DNA of 39,706 nucleotides from a virus (IMGVR_UViG_3300033109_000107:1-39706); one strand, 5' to 3'; shown: positions 1 through 6,447, counted from the stretch's first letter. Program-made: numbers and translations. The notes: generated from the sequence alone by a model not told the origin.

Positions 1-525
1 TCATCTGTCGATGTATCCTTGGTGAAGGTGCTTTTTGAGGGCCATGTAGGTCTCAAAGGCTTCTTCCATGGTATCGAATGGACCAGACCGAACGTGCTTA
101 CCATCTACACTAATAACTGCTACCCACTTTGTGTCGTTTCCCTTTGACGCAAGCACTCCAATTGGCAGGTTTCCAGCGGACATTCTTGTGATGCTTTTTT
201 CTTTGACTGGTGTGTTGTGTGCATTCTCCTTGGGCGTTACATCCCGGAGATTCGCAATTCTGTTGTCGTCCTTTACCCCGTTGATGTGATCGATATTTTT
301 TGGCCACACTCCATAGATATAAAACCACGCCAAGCGATGCTCCCAATACAAGCCGCCAAGCACTCCAATCAATCGATACCCTGTTGGCTTTTTATTTCCT
401 GCTTGCTGACCAATCTGCCCACACCTTCTGCGTTGAACCTTCCATTTGAAAATGCCTGTCTCAGGGTCGTAATCTAGAACGCTACGCAGTTGAGTTAAAT
501 CAATTTTTGCGTTGTACTTGGCCAT
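1..525 (-). CDS. HNH homing endonuclease with C-terminal AP2-like DNA-binding region
   Basis: YDPETGIFKW N-terminus and HRLAW...IDHINGVKDDNRIANLR HNH motif; C-terminal KWVAVISVDGKHVRSGPFDT resembles AP2. Confidence 0.85.
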   Translation of the reverse strand: MAKYNAKIDLTQLRSVLDYDPETGIFKWKVQRRRCGQIGQQAGNKKPTGYRLIGVLGGLYWEHRLAWFYIYGVWPKNIDHINGVKDDNRIANLRDVTPKENAHNTPVKEKSITRMSAGNLPIGVLASKGNDTKWVAVISVDGKHVRSGPFDTMEEAFETYMALKKHLHQGYIDR

Positions 526-575
526 ATTGTCTCCGTAGTAGAAATGCCAATGTATTGTAGCATAAAACCACAGAG

Positions 576-1697
576 ATGCCTACAAACAAACTCACAGACG
601 CCCGCTGCAAGCAGATCAAAGAGCCAGGCAAGCATTTCGACGGCGGGGGAATGTACCTATTCTGCGCCCCTACCGGCTCTAAGCTCTGGCGACTGGCGTA
701 CAGGGTGAATGGCAAGGCGCAAACAGCGACCTTCGGCCCATACCCCGAAGTCTCTCTAGCTGAAGCCAGATCGAAGCGTGACGCGTTCAAACGAGACTTG
801 CGTAATGGCACATTGCCCACAAAGCGGACGCGCTCTATAGCCCTATCTGACGCGATTACGCAGTATTGGGATGGGCGCATGGATTTATCCGAGTCCTACC
901 GATCCAACGCTAAACGCGGGCTGGAGATGCACCTGACCAAGCTTCTCGATACGCAGGTATCGGACATCGCGCGGGAAATGCTGCTAGACGAACTTCGCCG
1001 CATGGACGCGAAGAAGCTCTATGTCTACGTCCGTAAGGTTAGGCGATGGGCAGGGCAGGTATTCGACTGGTGCCAAGATCATGGCTACATGCAAACCAAT
1101 CCTGCGAGAGACATACGCCCGCAGACATTCTCCACTGCTCCGGTAGAACACTTCGCCGCGCTTGAGTTATCAGAGGTTCCCGAGTTCATGGCAAGGCTGA
1201 GCATGGAATCTGACCTGCAATCCGTTCTTGCGTGTAAGCTCTTGGCGCTTACTTGGGTTCGGACGAATGAGCTTCGGATGATGGAGTGGTCGGAGATTGA
1301 CGGGGATTTGTGGCGGATTCCTGCGGGGAAGATGAAGCGCAGGAGGGATCACGTTGTTCCTCTATCACGGCAGTCAGTCGATATCCTAGAGCAACTAAAA
1401 CAGCGTGCAGGGGGTTGTTATGTGTTCTCGCACCCGTATCGGTCTGATCGTCCAATGTCAGAGAACTCCATACTTTATTTGCTCTACAGGATAGGCTACA
1501 AAGGCCGGCTCACTGGTCACGGATTCCGCACCATCGGATCAACATGGGCCAATGAAAACGGATTCAACGCTGATGCTATCGAGAGGCAACTAGCGCACGT
1601 TCCTGGTGATGTTAGGTCAGTGTATAACCGGGCTGAGTATCTGGATGAAAGAAGGCGCATGCTAGAGGCGTGGGCTGACTGGTTGATGCCTGAGTGA
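576..1697 (+). CDS. int: Phage tyrosine integrase (P4/IntA-like with N-terminal arm-binding domain)
   Basis: N-terminal DGGGMYL...GSKLWRLAYR...TFGPYPEVSLAEAR arm-binding motif; catalytic residues in VRTNELR, GKMK, HGFR, LAH, VYNR. Confidence 0.95.
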   Translation: MPTNKLTDARCKQIKEPGKHFDGGGMYLFCAPTGSKLWRLAYRVNGKAQTATFGPYPEVSLAEARSKRDAFKRDLRNGTLPTKRTRSIALSDAITQYWDGRMDLSESYRSNAKRGLEMHLTKLLDTQVSDIAREMLLDELRRMDAKKLYVYVRKVRRWAGQVFDWCQDHGYMQTNPARDIRPQTFSTAPVEHFAALELSEVPEFMARLSMESDLQSVLACKLLALTWVRTNELRMMEWSEIDGDLWRIPAGKMKRRRDHVVPLSRQSVDILEQLKQRAGGCYVFSHPYRSDRPMSENSILYLLYRIGYKGRLTGHGFRTIGSTWANENGFNADAIERQLAHVPGDVRSVYNRAEYLDERRRMLEAWADWLMPE

Positions 1698-1730
1698 TTT
1701 TGTCAGCGTGTCGCATAATTCAAGTTAGCC
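1691..1730 (+). other. Putative attI-like primary recombination site heading the left cassette array
   Basis: Ends in core GTTAGCC (1724-1730); 33/40 identical to the reverse complement of 14601-14640; not an attC hairpin. Confidence 0.7.
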
Positions 1731-1731
1731 G

Positions 1732-1917
1732 TCACAACTTGGCCTCATTGCTGAACCAGTTGCTTATGCGAACTGCCATCTGGTACGCCCCTTCACTTGC
1801 CGCGCCACCAACCGAGATGTACTGGTTGACGATGGCCCAAAATCTTAAAGCGTCTTCCTCGCTTTCGAGTACCAGCGCTATCGGATTAAACGCTCCTTCC
1901 TGCTGCATCATCTTCAT
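1732..1917 (-). CDS. Hypothetical protein (cassette L1, second gene)
   Basis: ORF MKMMQQEGAFNP...; ATGA-coupled to the upstream ORF; stop lies next to the GTTAGCC core. Confidence 0.6.
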   Translation of the reverse strand: MKMMQQEGAFNPIALVLESEEDALRFWAIVNQYISVGGAASEGAYQMAVRISNWFSNEAKL

Positions 1918-2168
1918 TCGTTGCATCCTCGCGTAAATGCCTTCAGCCGCCTCAGATACACGTCGCGCCCTTCGCCGTCTTTCCACAGCGGATCGTCCAT
2001 CTGCTTGTCCAGGTGCGGGCACTCTTCCTGTGCGCACGGAACCAGTGCTCCCAGGTCATCGTCAAACAGCGCCGCAAATATCCCGCGCCCGCATCCCTTG
2101 CCGTAGCAGTTGGCGGTTATCTCCGGCTCTTGCAACCGCAGCACTACGCCGAAAATCTTGGTGCCCAT
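1914..2168 (-). CDS. Hypothetical Cys-containing protein (cassette L1, first gene)
   Basis: 84 aa ORF with GAAAGG RBS just inside the attC inverse core. Confidence 0.65.
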   Translation of the reverse strand: MGTKIFGVVLRLQEPEITANCYGKGCGRGIFAALFDDDLGALVPCAQEECPHLDKQMDDPLWKDGEGRDVYLRRLKAFTRGCNE

Positions 2169-2183
2169 ATCAACCTTTCTGCC

Positions 2184-2243
2184 GGCTAACCCGGCATTGG
2201 TTCGGACCTGCCTTCGGCAGGCCGCACAACTTGGTCGCTAGAC
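2184..2243 (+). other. attC-like site L1 (core degenerate, GCTAGAC)
   Basis: GGCTAAC-CCGGC-ATTGGTTC...CTGCC TTC GGCAG...GCACAAC-TTGGTC-GCTAGAC; the inverse core is complementary to GTTAGCC at 1724. Confidence 0.75.
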
Positions 2244-2399
2244 ATTAATCCCCGCCTCCCTAAGCGTACTTTCTTTCCACCCAACACACCTTAGACTCAA
2301 CTGGACATCAGGCGGGGGAATCTTTCCGGCTTTCCTCCAGGCTAGGAATGTCTTGCGTGAGACTCCGAGCCACTTGCGCAGGTCTGCTTGTTTAATCAT
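2238..2399 (-). CDS. Excisionase / AlpA-like recombination directionality factor (53 aa, not in ORF track)
   Basis: Manual translation MIKQADLRKWLGVSRKTFLAWRKAGKIPPPDVQLSLRCVGWKESTLREAGINV; AlpA/Xis winged-HTH pattern; AAGGA RBS; near int. Confidence 0.8.
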   Translation of the reverse strand: MIKQADLRKWLGVSRKTFLAWRKAGKIPPPDVQLSLRCVGWKESTLREAGINV

Positions 2400-2430
2400 G
2401 TACGATCCTTGATGTTATGGTGTTGTTTGC

Positions 2431-2745
2431 TCATGCCGCGCCAACCCGCGGCATCGACTTCCTCAGTCCGGCCAGCGCCTGAGAGAATCCTATGCGCCGC
2501 TTCCATTCCCTTCCATCGACAACAACGCGGAAGCAGTCGATTCGGTCAGTCTTGAAAAACTCCATGACGTGAGTTTCGTGGCCGAAGTCGAATGACTCGA
2601 CCACCAAGCGACGGCGTAGGTCGGGAAGCGGCGCTGGATAGTCCGGCGCTGATTCTTCCATGCGAGCAACGTCACGAGACCGGCGAATCGCCGCCAGTTC
2701 TTCACGACGCTGCGCTGCTTTTTTGGTCAGTCTGTACATGATCAA
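2431..2745 (-). CDS. Hypothetical protein
   Basis: 104 aa ORF co-oriented with the early left operon. Confidence 0.6.
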   Translation of the reverse strand: MIMYRLTKKAAQRREELAAIRRSRDVARMEESAPDYPAPLPDLRRRLVVESFDFGHETHVMEFFKTDRIDCFRVVVDGREWKRRIGFSQALAGLRKSMPRVGAA

Positions 2746-2760
2746 CCTTGCACGGTAGGT

Positions 2761-3051
2761 CTACTTAACGTTCGGCGTCAGCTTCACGAAGCCGCGAGCG
2801 ACCATGTAGGGGTCGCGCTCGGGGTGATATCGCCGTGCGGCGACATTCTTCGCAGGCTTCAAGCTCAGCATCCGGCGCCAGTATTTCCCGCAGGCCAGCG
2901 CCCGCTCTTGATTCTCCGCCGCGACGTAAACCGAACTGCCGCACTGCTTGCCCTTCTTGTCCACCGGGAAGACCTCCCATTGAAGTCTCTCCGGGTTCAT
3001 TCCCCACGTTCTCGGGTCGTCTCTCACAGGTCTTTCTCCATCACTCTGCAC
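2761..3051 (-). CDS. Hypothetical protein (cassette L2; start may be GTG at 3027)
   Basis: ORF ends TPNVK*, reading across core GTTCGGC (2770-2776). Confidence 0.6.
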   Translation of the reverse strand: MQSDGERPVRDDPRTWGMNPERLQWEVFPVDKKGKQCGSSVYVAAENQERALACGKYWRRMLSLKPAKNVAARRYHPERDPYMVARGFVKLTPNVK

Positions 3052-3242
3052 GGCCAGTGGTGGCCGCAGTTTGCGCAGGCTGCCGTGTCCAGCCGGGTTG
3101 TTTTCAGCGCGGCCGGCGAGCCGTTGGCCATCAGCCAGTGGTAGGCGTGTGTCCCACAGCGGGGGCAGCGCCGCTCCACCTTGGCCGGTAGCCGCCGAAC
3201 CCGTCGCTCCAGGGGGACGCCCTCCATGCCGCTTCGCGTCAT
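3024..3242 (-). CDS. Small zinc-ribbon-like protein (cassette L2)
   Basis: CPRC and CANC pairs; likely start lies within attC L2. Confidence 0.5.
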   Translation of the reverse strand: MTRSGMEGVPLERRVRRLPAKVERRCPRCGTHAYHWLMANGSPAALKTTRLDTAACANCGHHWPCRVMEKDL

Positions 3243-3272
3243 TCCGGTCGCCCCTGAGCTAGTGCGTTGGGC
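3194..3272 (+). other. attC-like site L2
   Basis: GCCGAAC-CCGTC-GCTC(C)AGG...CCTGAGC-TAGTGC-GTTGGGC; extra C in L'' box. Confidence 0.88.
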
Positions 3273-3273
3273 C

Positions 3274-3588
3274 TCACCATCCGCGCGCCACGCACAGCGC
3301 ATCGTTCACCTGTTGTTCCAGGCTCTTGTCGGCCGCATCAGGCAGGCTCACGTCGTCGCCGTCCTGGTTGCTCAGTTGCACCCACGCCGCCCCTCGCTCC
3401 ATGCACAGGTTTAATTGCCACCCTTCCGGCAGGTGTTGGCATACCTTGTTTGCCAGCGCCAGTACGAACATTTGGCCGTCGTCGGTTGTGGGTGCTGCCG
3501 GAGCCAGTCCAAGGCGTTCCAGGTTGCGAATCACGGCGTTCTCGCCAGCTCGTATCTGTGCGCTCCGAATCTCGTCGTGCAAACTCAT
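3274..3588 (-). CDS. Hypothetical protein (cassette L3)
   Basis: MSLHDEIRSAQ..., GAGGA RBS; fills the space between two attC sites. Confidence 0.7.
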   Translation of the reverse strand: MSLHDEIRSAQIRAGENAVIRNLERLGLAPAAPTTDDGQMFVLALANKVCQHLPEGWQLNLCMERGAAWVQLSNQDGDDVSLPDAADKSLEQQVNDALCVARGW

Positions 3589-3613
3589 GATCCTGTCCTC
3601 TCCGGGCGCTGAG

Positions 3614-3681
3614 GCCCAACACTTCAATCGAGGCGACCTGTCGCATAAAGCCGCGCCAGTCGCTCACCTCCAGCGTTATGC
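3614..3681 (+). other. attC-like site L3
   Basis: GCCCAAC...GTTATGC imperfect inverted repeat; GAGGCCCAAC complements GTTGGGCCTC at 3266. Confidence 0.85.
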
Positions 3682-3682
3682 C

Positions 3683-3889
3683 TCATGCTGCGCGCCAGTG
3701 AATGTTCAGGCCGAGCAACGTGGCGCGAAGCTGCTTGTATTGCCGTTGCCAGTAGAACAGTCGCGGGTGTAGCGAGAGTGAGACCTTCCACCCTTCTCGG
3801 TGCTCCCACCGTCCGCTTTCAAATCGAAACAGCGTTACCCGGCTGTCTCCTGTCGCTCTTGCGCCAATCCAGAACATCATTCGCATCAT
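3683..3889 (-). CDS. Hypothetical Trp/Arg-rich protein (cassette L4)
   Basis: 68 aa ORF with GGAG RBS between attC L3 and L4. Confidence 0.6.
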   Translation of the reverse strand: MMRMMFWIGARATGDSRVTLFRFESGRWEHREGWKVSLSLHPRLFYWQRQYKQLRATLLGLNIHWRAA

Positions 3890-4551
3890 CGTTCTCCGTT
3901 GTTGTCGCCGGCATAACCCGGCAGTCCAGCGGACGCCGTGCCGGCTCCGCTGACTTTTGCGTTGGGGGTCTTACACTTTGCTGCCAGCTCTACGAGCCAT
4001 TGCGCGAGCGCCGGCGGCGTGTGCTCGCGTTCCGACTTCGTCACCTCCGGGCGCCACCCGGCCATGCCCTTCACCAAGCGCCGACCATCTGGCAACGTCC
4101 TGTGCTGCGCTATTACGTGTGTCGCTCCGCCCAGGTGCATGGGTATCGGCGGCACGTCCGCCGGCTCGGCGCCAACGATGTAGAGAAGCGTCAACTTCTC
4201 CGCTCGGTGCCCAAACCAATGCTGAGAAATTCCGAGCGTCCAACCTCCAAATGCATCGCGCTCGCCTGGGCGTGGAAGGGCCTGCGCCGGCCAAAGAGTC
4301 GAGCCTTCCGGGTGCTCCAGCACCCCGCCGAATTCGCGCACCAGCGCCACCGCCAGCCTGGCCAGGTTGCGCTCGTCAGCGCGCACCTTTGCAAATCTTC
4401 GCAGTCGCCCCCATCCACGGCATGGCGGGTGCGCTACCACAGGCCAAGGGCCGTCGTAGGTGCGCGCATCACGCTCCATGTCATACACGTCCACGTCAGG
4501 CAGCGCCTTGTAGTTGCTGTCTGCGCGGGCAAACAAAACCGCCACGGTCAT
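3886..4551 (-). CDS. DNA cytosine-5 methyltransferase-like protein (cassette L5)
   Basis: Start MTVAVLF; VVAHPPC (motif IV-like) and GVLEHP (motif VI-like); C-terminus reads through attC L4. Confidence 0.65.
   Translation of the reverse strand: MTVAVLFARADSNYKALPDVDVYDMERDARTYDGPWPVVAHPPCRGWGRLRRFAKVRADERNLARLAVALVREFGGVLEHPEGSTLWPAQALPRPGERDAFGGWTLGISQHWFGHRAEKLTLLYIVGAEPADVPPIPMHLGGATHVIAQHRTLPDGRRLVKGMAGWRPEVTKSEREHTPPALAQWLVELAAKCKTPNAKVSGAGTASAGLPGYAGDNNGER
3911..3967 (+). other. attC-like site L4 (57 bp)
   Basis: GCATAAC-CCGGC-AGTC(C)AGC-GGA(C)GCCG TGC CGGCTCC-GCTGACT-TTTGC-GTTGGGG: canonical R''/L''/L'/R' layout with two extrahelical bases. Confidence 0.92.
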
Positions 4552-4561
4552 GAGCCGAGAC

Positions 4562-4632
4562 CCCCAACACTGCGTTGCAGGGGACGCTCCGCCGAAAAGC
4601 CGGCGGCGCGCCCCTGAACTTGGACGTTGGGC
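4562..4632 (+). other. attC-like site L5
   Basis: CCCCAAC-ACTGC-GTTGCAGG...CCTGAAC-TTGGAC-GTTGGGC. Confidence 0.88.
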
Positions 4633-4636
4633 CTCA

Positions 4637-4855
4637 TCAGCATCCACACGTAGGCGGTTGTTCCTTCCCGGCCTTGCGGAACACCTCATCCCGGAAGTCT
4701 CGGCACAGCTTGTCCAGGGTCAGCGAGTCCAGGTCGCTCAGTGGGTAGCACGGGAGTTCCTGCATCCCGTCCTGCTTCAGCCCGGGCTTTCCAACCGCCC
4801 GCACAAAGTTCGGCGTCTGGAACGGTTGCAGTTCAACTTGTAGCGTTGCTTTCAT
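4637..4855 (-). CDS. Hypothetical protein (cassette L6)
   Basis: 72 aa ORF with AAGGA RBS between attC L5 and L6. Confidence 0.7.
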   Translation of the reverse strand: MKATLQVELQPFQTPNFVRAVGKPGLKQDGMQELPCYPLSDLDSLTLDKLCRDFRDEVFRKAGKEQPPTCGC

Positions 4856-4885
4856 GTCCTTGTCCTTTCTTCGTAGTCACCAGAG

Positions 4886-4972
4886 GCCCAACCCTACGGT
4901 CGACATCGCTCCCTTCGGTCGCTGGACCTCGCGCGATAAGGCCGCGCGAGGCCGGTCACCTACACGTTCGGC
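4886..4972 (+). other. attC-like site L6
   Basis: GCCCAAC...CCTCGCGCG ATAAGGC CGCGCGAGG...GTTCGGC. Confidence 0.82.
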
Positions 4973-5123
4973 GTCACTTCCCAATCGGTGCAGTCGTCAA
5001 TGTCGATGCGTAGGTCGTAACCGTTCTCGCGCTCAAAATGTTTCGTCAGCCATACGTCTCCCATTCGGCTGCAACCGATGCAGCGGTAACGCTTGCCGTC
5101 CTTGTAGGTGCAAAACAGCTTTC
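4966..5123 (-). repeat. 158 bp exact inverted copy of 14450-14607
   Basis: Base-by-base comparison; identity stops at the GTT/AAC core. Confidence 0.92.
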
Positions 5124-5159
5124 TTCAGCATTTCCGATTATCACTTTTTCAGCCATCAT
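4967..5159 (-). pseudogene. Chimeric cassette remnant: N-terminus MMAEKVIIGNAE fused out of frame to the 3' half of the 14332-14610 gene
   Basis: RBS and ATG at 5159; junction at 5123; the cassette's two cores are non-complementary. Confidence 0.65.
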
Positions 5160-5181
5160 CACTCCGTAGTTACGTTTTGCC

Positions 5182-5251
5182 TGCCAACCCGTCGCTCAAG
5201 CGGGACGCGCCGCGATAAAGCTGCGTCGCGCCCCTTAGCTCTACGTTAGGG
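5182..5251 (+). other. attC-like site L7
   Basis: TGCCAAC-CCGTC-GCTCAAGC-GGGACGCG...CGCGCCCCTTAGC-TCTAC-GTTAGGG. Confidence 0.88.
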
Positions 5252-5255
5252 AACT

Positions 5256-5666
5256 TCATTTCACGATGCCGTATTTCCGCGTAGCCCCTGCCACTGCCGG
5301 ATTAACGACCCTCGATTTCCATCCGTCGCGGGTCTTTTGTTGGAACCGCTCGGCGAATGTTTCCTCGCGCAGCAACTTGCCGCCCATGAGACGATCCAGC
5401 CGCTGCACACCCTTACGCACGTTCCCGCTTCCGTTCCCTGCATTGCAAAGCGTGCGCAGCCGCAGGCGCAAATCGGGCGGAAACGAATCAAACTCCCTCG
5501 CTACCAGTTCGACCGCGCTTTCGTGGCTCAGTTGGGTAAAAATCGACTGCGCCACCTTGTCGGTGTTCTTCGAGCTAAAGAAGCCCGCTCCGTTCTCTCG
5601 CGGTACATACGCCTTCCACTGCGATAGCGGCACGTTAAACGCCAGCATCTCTAATGCTATGCTCAT
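5256..5666 (-). CDS. Hypothetical protein (cassette L8)
   Basis: MSIALEMLAF..., GGAG RBS; 136 aa between attC L7 and L8. Confidence 0.7.
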   Translation of the reverse strand: MSIALEMLAFNVPLSQWKAYVPRENGAGFFSSKNTDKVAQSIFTQLSHESAVELVAREFDSFPPDLRLRLRTLCNAGNGSGNVRKGVQRLDRLMGGKLLREETFAERFQQKTRDGWKSRVVNPAVAGATRKYGIVK

Positions 5667-5684
5667 TCTTGTTCTCCGCCAGTT

Positions 5685-5771
5685 CCCTAACCTTACGTTG
5701 CAGGGGACGCCGATTAAGCGTCGTTGGTCTTGGCGGGCGCTTCTAAGGCGCCCCTGAACTCCACGTTGGGC
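5685..5771 (+). other. attC-like site L8
   Basis: CCCTAAC-CTTAC-GTTGCAGG...CCTGAAC-TCCAC-GTTGGGC; AGTTCCCTAAC complements GTTAGGGAACT at 5245. Confidence 0.88.
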
Positions 5772-6016
5772 ATTTTGGTCTTTTTCACCGGCACAGCCGC
5801 TGCCAGTGCGTTGCACATCGCCTCACCAGCAGCGAACAGCGCCTGTAGTTCAGGCGTCCTCTCGCCTGGCTGGACGCACTCCTCCCGCAGCCGCCCGTCG
5901 TTGGTGGCGATGTAAACCCATGTCGGAGCATTGCTCCAGCCGGGGCCGTTACAGCGTTCCGGTACTACGGCGACAACCCGCTCGCCGTAGGCCAGTTTGA
6001 TGGTTCGTGCCTTCAT
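5714..6016 (-). CDS. Hypothetical protein (cassette L9)
   Basis: GGAGGGAG RBS; C-terminus PNVEFRG... is encoded by attC L8. Confidence 0.7.
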   Translation of the reverse strand: MKARTIKLAYGERVVAVVPERCNGPGWSNAPTWVYIATNDGRLREECVQPGERTPELQALFAAGEAMCNALAAAVPVKKTKMPNVEFRGALEAPAKTNDA

Positions 6017-6029
6017 TCTCCCTCCTGAT

Positions 6030-6088
6030 GCCCAACAGGGCCATGCACCGGACCCGCTGAAGCGGGCCGGTGATGTTCGACGTTAGGC
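6030..6088 (+). other. attC-like site L9 (59 bp)
   Basis: GCCCAAC-AGGGC-CATGCACC-GGACCCGCT GA AGCGGGCC-GGTGATG-TTCGAC-GTTAGGC. Confidence 0.88.
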
Positions 6089-6120
6089 CCCAATGCCGAA
6101 GCACCGGGGCCGCCCCATGT

Positions 6121-6333
6121 TCAGAACCGCATCGCCTCGGCAATGTCACGAATCCGCATCCCAAGCAGCGGCGCAAGCGTCTTCTTGCTCTCTTCCAGAC
6201 GCTCAATCTCTTGGCGCAGCGTGGAAATCTTGGCGTCGATGTTCTCTTCCACGGTCGGGTTGTGGTCGCGCCCGCCAATCAGTTGCCCTGCTGCCCTGTT
6301 TTCGCATTTCGCCATCTGTGCTTGTTCGTACAT
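6121..6333 (-). CDS. Hypothetical coiled-coil protein (cassette L10)
   Basis: MYEQAQMAK..., AGGAG RBS. Confidence 0.7.
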   Translation of the reverse strand: MYEQAQMAKCENRAAGQLIGGRDHNPTVEENIDAKISTLRQEIERLEESKKTLAPLLGMRIRDIAEAMRF

Positions 6334-6366
6334 TTCGATTTCTCCTGCCCGTCTCAAGGGTGCCGG

Positions 6367-6447
6367 GCCTAACCCGTCGATCAACACGGACGCCCTTCGG
6401 CGTCGCTGCGCGCCGCCTACGTGCGCCGGTTATCTAGGTCGTTATCA
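6367..6447 (+). other. attC-like site L10 (last in left array)
   Basis: GCCTAAC-CCGTC-GATCAACACGGACGCC...TGCGCCGGTTATC-TAGGTC-GTTATCA. Confidence 0.85.

Noticed and set aside
526-575. attP core near the integrase
   Set aside because: No tRNA 3'-end-like sequence or clear arm-site repeats could be identified by eye.
576-1697. Calling the integrase an integron integrase (intI)
   Set aside because: It has an arm-binding N-terminal domain and P4-like motifs, no IntI insertion is visible, and a cognate xis is nearby.
2414-2420. GTTATGG as an additional cassette core
   Set aside because: No matching CCATAAC inverse core or attC hairpin was found.
2732-2747. Possible LexA box CTGTACATGATCAACC
   Set aside because: The right half lacks the conserved CAG.
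3685-4617. 310 aa + strand ORF, and similar long antisense ORFs (13633-14535, 18945-20504, 25893-26825)
   Set aside because: These are shadow frames of GC-rich genes on the opposite strand, with no motifs; some cross attC boundaries.
4966-5123. Diversity-generating retroelement TR/VR pair
   Set aside because: The copies are identical with no adenine-specific differences, and no reverse transcriptase is encoded.
2184-6447. Interpreting the intergenic inverted repeats as terminators, REP elements or CRISPR repeats
   Set aside because: They have no U-tracts, differ in sequence from one another, are spaced by whole genes, and carry AAC/GTT cores with cassette-wise complementarity.
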